A DNA stretch of 64,000 nt, taken from Epiperipatus broadwayi. Its lineage: Eukaryota > Animalia > Onychophora. Made by a program: the position numbers and the translations under genes. A model generated the notes under the pieces. That model was not told the origin of the DNA. It worked only from the letters and a program-made list of their open reading frames with translations, and did no database searches. The stretch spans positions 8,184,001 through 8,248,000 of the forward strand of contig JAQFVV010000006.1 in assembly GCA_028023455.1 (NCBI GenBank), in the 5' to 3' direction. The stretch's first letter is position 1. Every line of letters starts with the position of its first letter. Positions 62,578-64,000 of this stretch are shown one piece after another.

Positions 62578-63510
62578 TTTTTTTTTTTTTTAAATATTTT
62601 ATTTATAAACATGAAGTGTTCTTTGTACACTGAAAAGTTTACATTGTATTTAAAGCATACAGATTTAAAAAAAGAGAGAGAGAGGTACACATTCTGCACA
62701 GTCCTGATATTCATGGTGGGTTATTCATTTGGAAACTCAATCTTTTCCCAAATGTCTCTGTGTAACAGCTGAGGTGCAAGGGCTGAGTCTTTGACTTTAG
62801 CCTGTGTGAGTAGCTTGATGTAAATCTAAAGTGGAGTACTTTTAAAATGTCCAAACATTAATTTGCATCTGGTTAGCCATAAGGTAAAGGTCAAGAAGAT
62901 GGACAGTCTGATGGATGCATAGGTTTCCTGTTTGATCGTGTTTTGAATTGATAGGACATCTCTGATGTCTAGTGAAACTTTGTTAATGATGAAGTTCCTG
63001 ATAGGAGAGAAGGTGGGGCACATGTATAATAGATGGGATATGGTCTCATCAGCTGAGTGGCAGAGCGGCACTGGGGTCCAATCTTTGAGAAACCCTTCCT
63101 GGCCACAAAAAAGCAACTGGTGGGAAGAGAGGCCAGATTGAGCTTAAGAAGAAAGTCGATGTGTTTGGATTCAACATACCAGTGATTCAGCTTTTGGATC
63201 AAGGCTTTGTTGGAAAGCCCCAATACATTTTGAATCGGAGCTTGATCTTGGTGTTTTAATTTGTAGACAGTCCAGAAAGACTTTTTAGCATCAAGGGCTA
63301 GTTGGCTGGGATTCATGGCTATACTGATTTGATTCCAGATTTCACCCATCCAGTTACTTGTAAGTGGAGGTGGAGTATCAGTAGGGTCGACAACCACCGG
63401 AAGATTGAAGTTTGGCAATTTTAAGCATGTCGAGCACAGAAGGTAAAAAAGCATTTTGATTTGAGAGTGTGAAGCTAGTAAATTCTTCCCTGATTCCATT
63501 GCCTCGTTTA
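62578..63510 (-). mobile_element. 5'-truncated L1/Tx1-like LINE 3' end with polyA signal and tail
   Basis: Frameshifted ORFs with PQCRSA(D)ETISHLLYMC zinc-finger-like motif; AATAAA plus A-run at ~62579-62602 on the minus strand. Confidence 0.75.
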
Positions 63511-63825
63511 GGAATCAACATTCGCGAAATCTTTCGATTCACAGCAAGTTAATATTTAGGTCTTATAAGTAGAAATATTTCGAATCAATTTAAATTTGTA
63601 AACATTAATTCTTATTAAACGCATGGTCAGGAGTTTATTATTTCTCATTTGATTTAAATTTCACATCCTGACAAACCAGTGGTAATATAGAACCATTCTT
63701 ATTACTAGTCGTGCTAGGCCTTTCTGAATCTTTTCATCAGCAAATTTAAAGTTACTATTAATATAAAGTTCTAATTATAAATTTATTTAAACGCACATTG
63801 ATTACGTAAGTAATATTCATTAAGG

Positions 63826-63991
63826 CTGTAGCCTCAAGCACATGCGTATAAAATGTGATAGTAGGGACCTCTACAGGACTTAAACCACAAGATTATTCTT
63901 CCCCTTTTTTCTTCCAAAGAGTAAGCTTGTGGTTTAAGTCCTGTAGAGGTCCCTACTATCGCATTTTATACACATGTGCTTGAGGCTACAG
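63826..63991. repeat. Near-perfect fold-back / MITE-like hairpin (66-bp arms, 34-bp spacer)
   Basis: Arms 63826-63891 and 63926-63991 differ at 2 positions. Related single arms at 31735-31790 and 62444-62500. Confidence 0.9.
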
Positions 63992-64000
63992 TATTAATAT

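Overview
Very AT-rich, CpG-poor eukaryotic (probably invertebrate metazoan) genomic DNA dominated by transposon debris. No host protein-coding gene could be called with confidence. The window opens with a decayed Ty3/Gypsy LTR retrotransposon on the minus strand (putative 5' LTR and tRNA-Ser PBS, gag with two CCHC knuckles, protease-RT-RNaseH-integrase, running off the left edge). It also holds a 5'-truncated LINE RT (35.7-37.4 kb), many RTE-like and L1/Tx1-like LINE fragments, hAT MITEs (one with a perfect 8-bp TSD, one resembling mammalian URR1/SPIN), tRNA-Gly-derived SINEs with TSDs, and a Penelope-like (GIY-YIG) remnant. The most notable signal is at least 20 minimal type-I hammerhead-ribozyme (HHR) motifs, many degenerate, in four unrelated short non-coding repeat families. 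They often occur as fold-back (inverted) pairs or tandem units, and one family couples the HHR to a tRNA-like Pol III promoter. This looks like several non-autonomous Penelope-dependent, retrozyme-like families in one locus. A CpG-retaining promoter-like region with an RFX X-box (59.8 kb) lies next to a higher-order minisatellite built of X-box-like motifs (61.6-62.0 kb). All calls are by eye; no searches were run.
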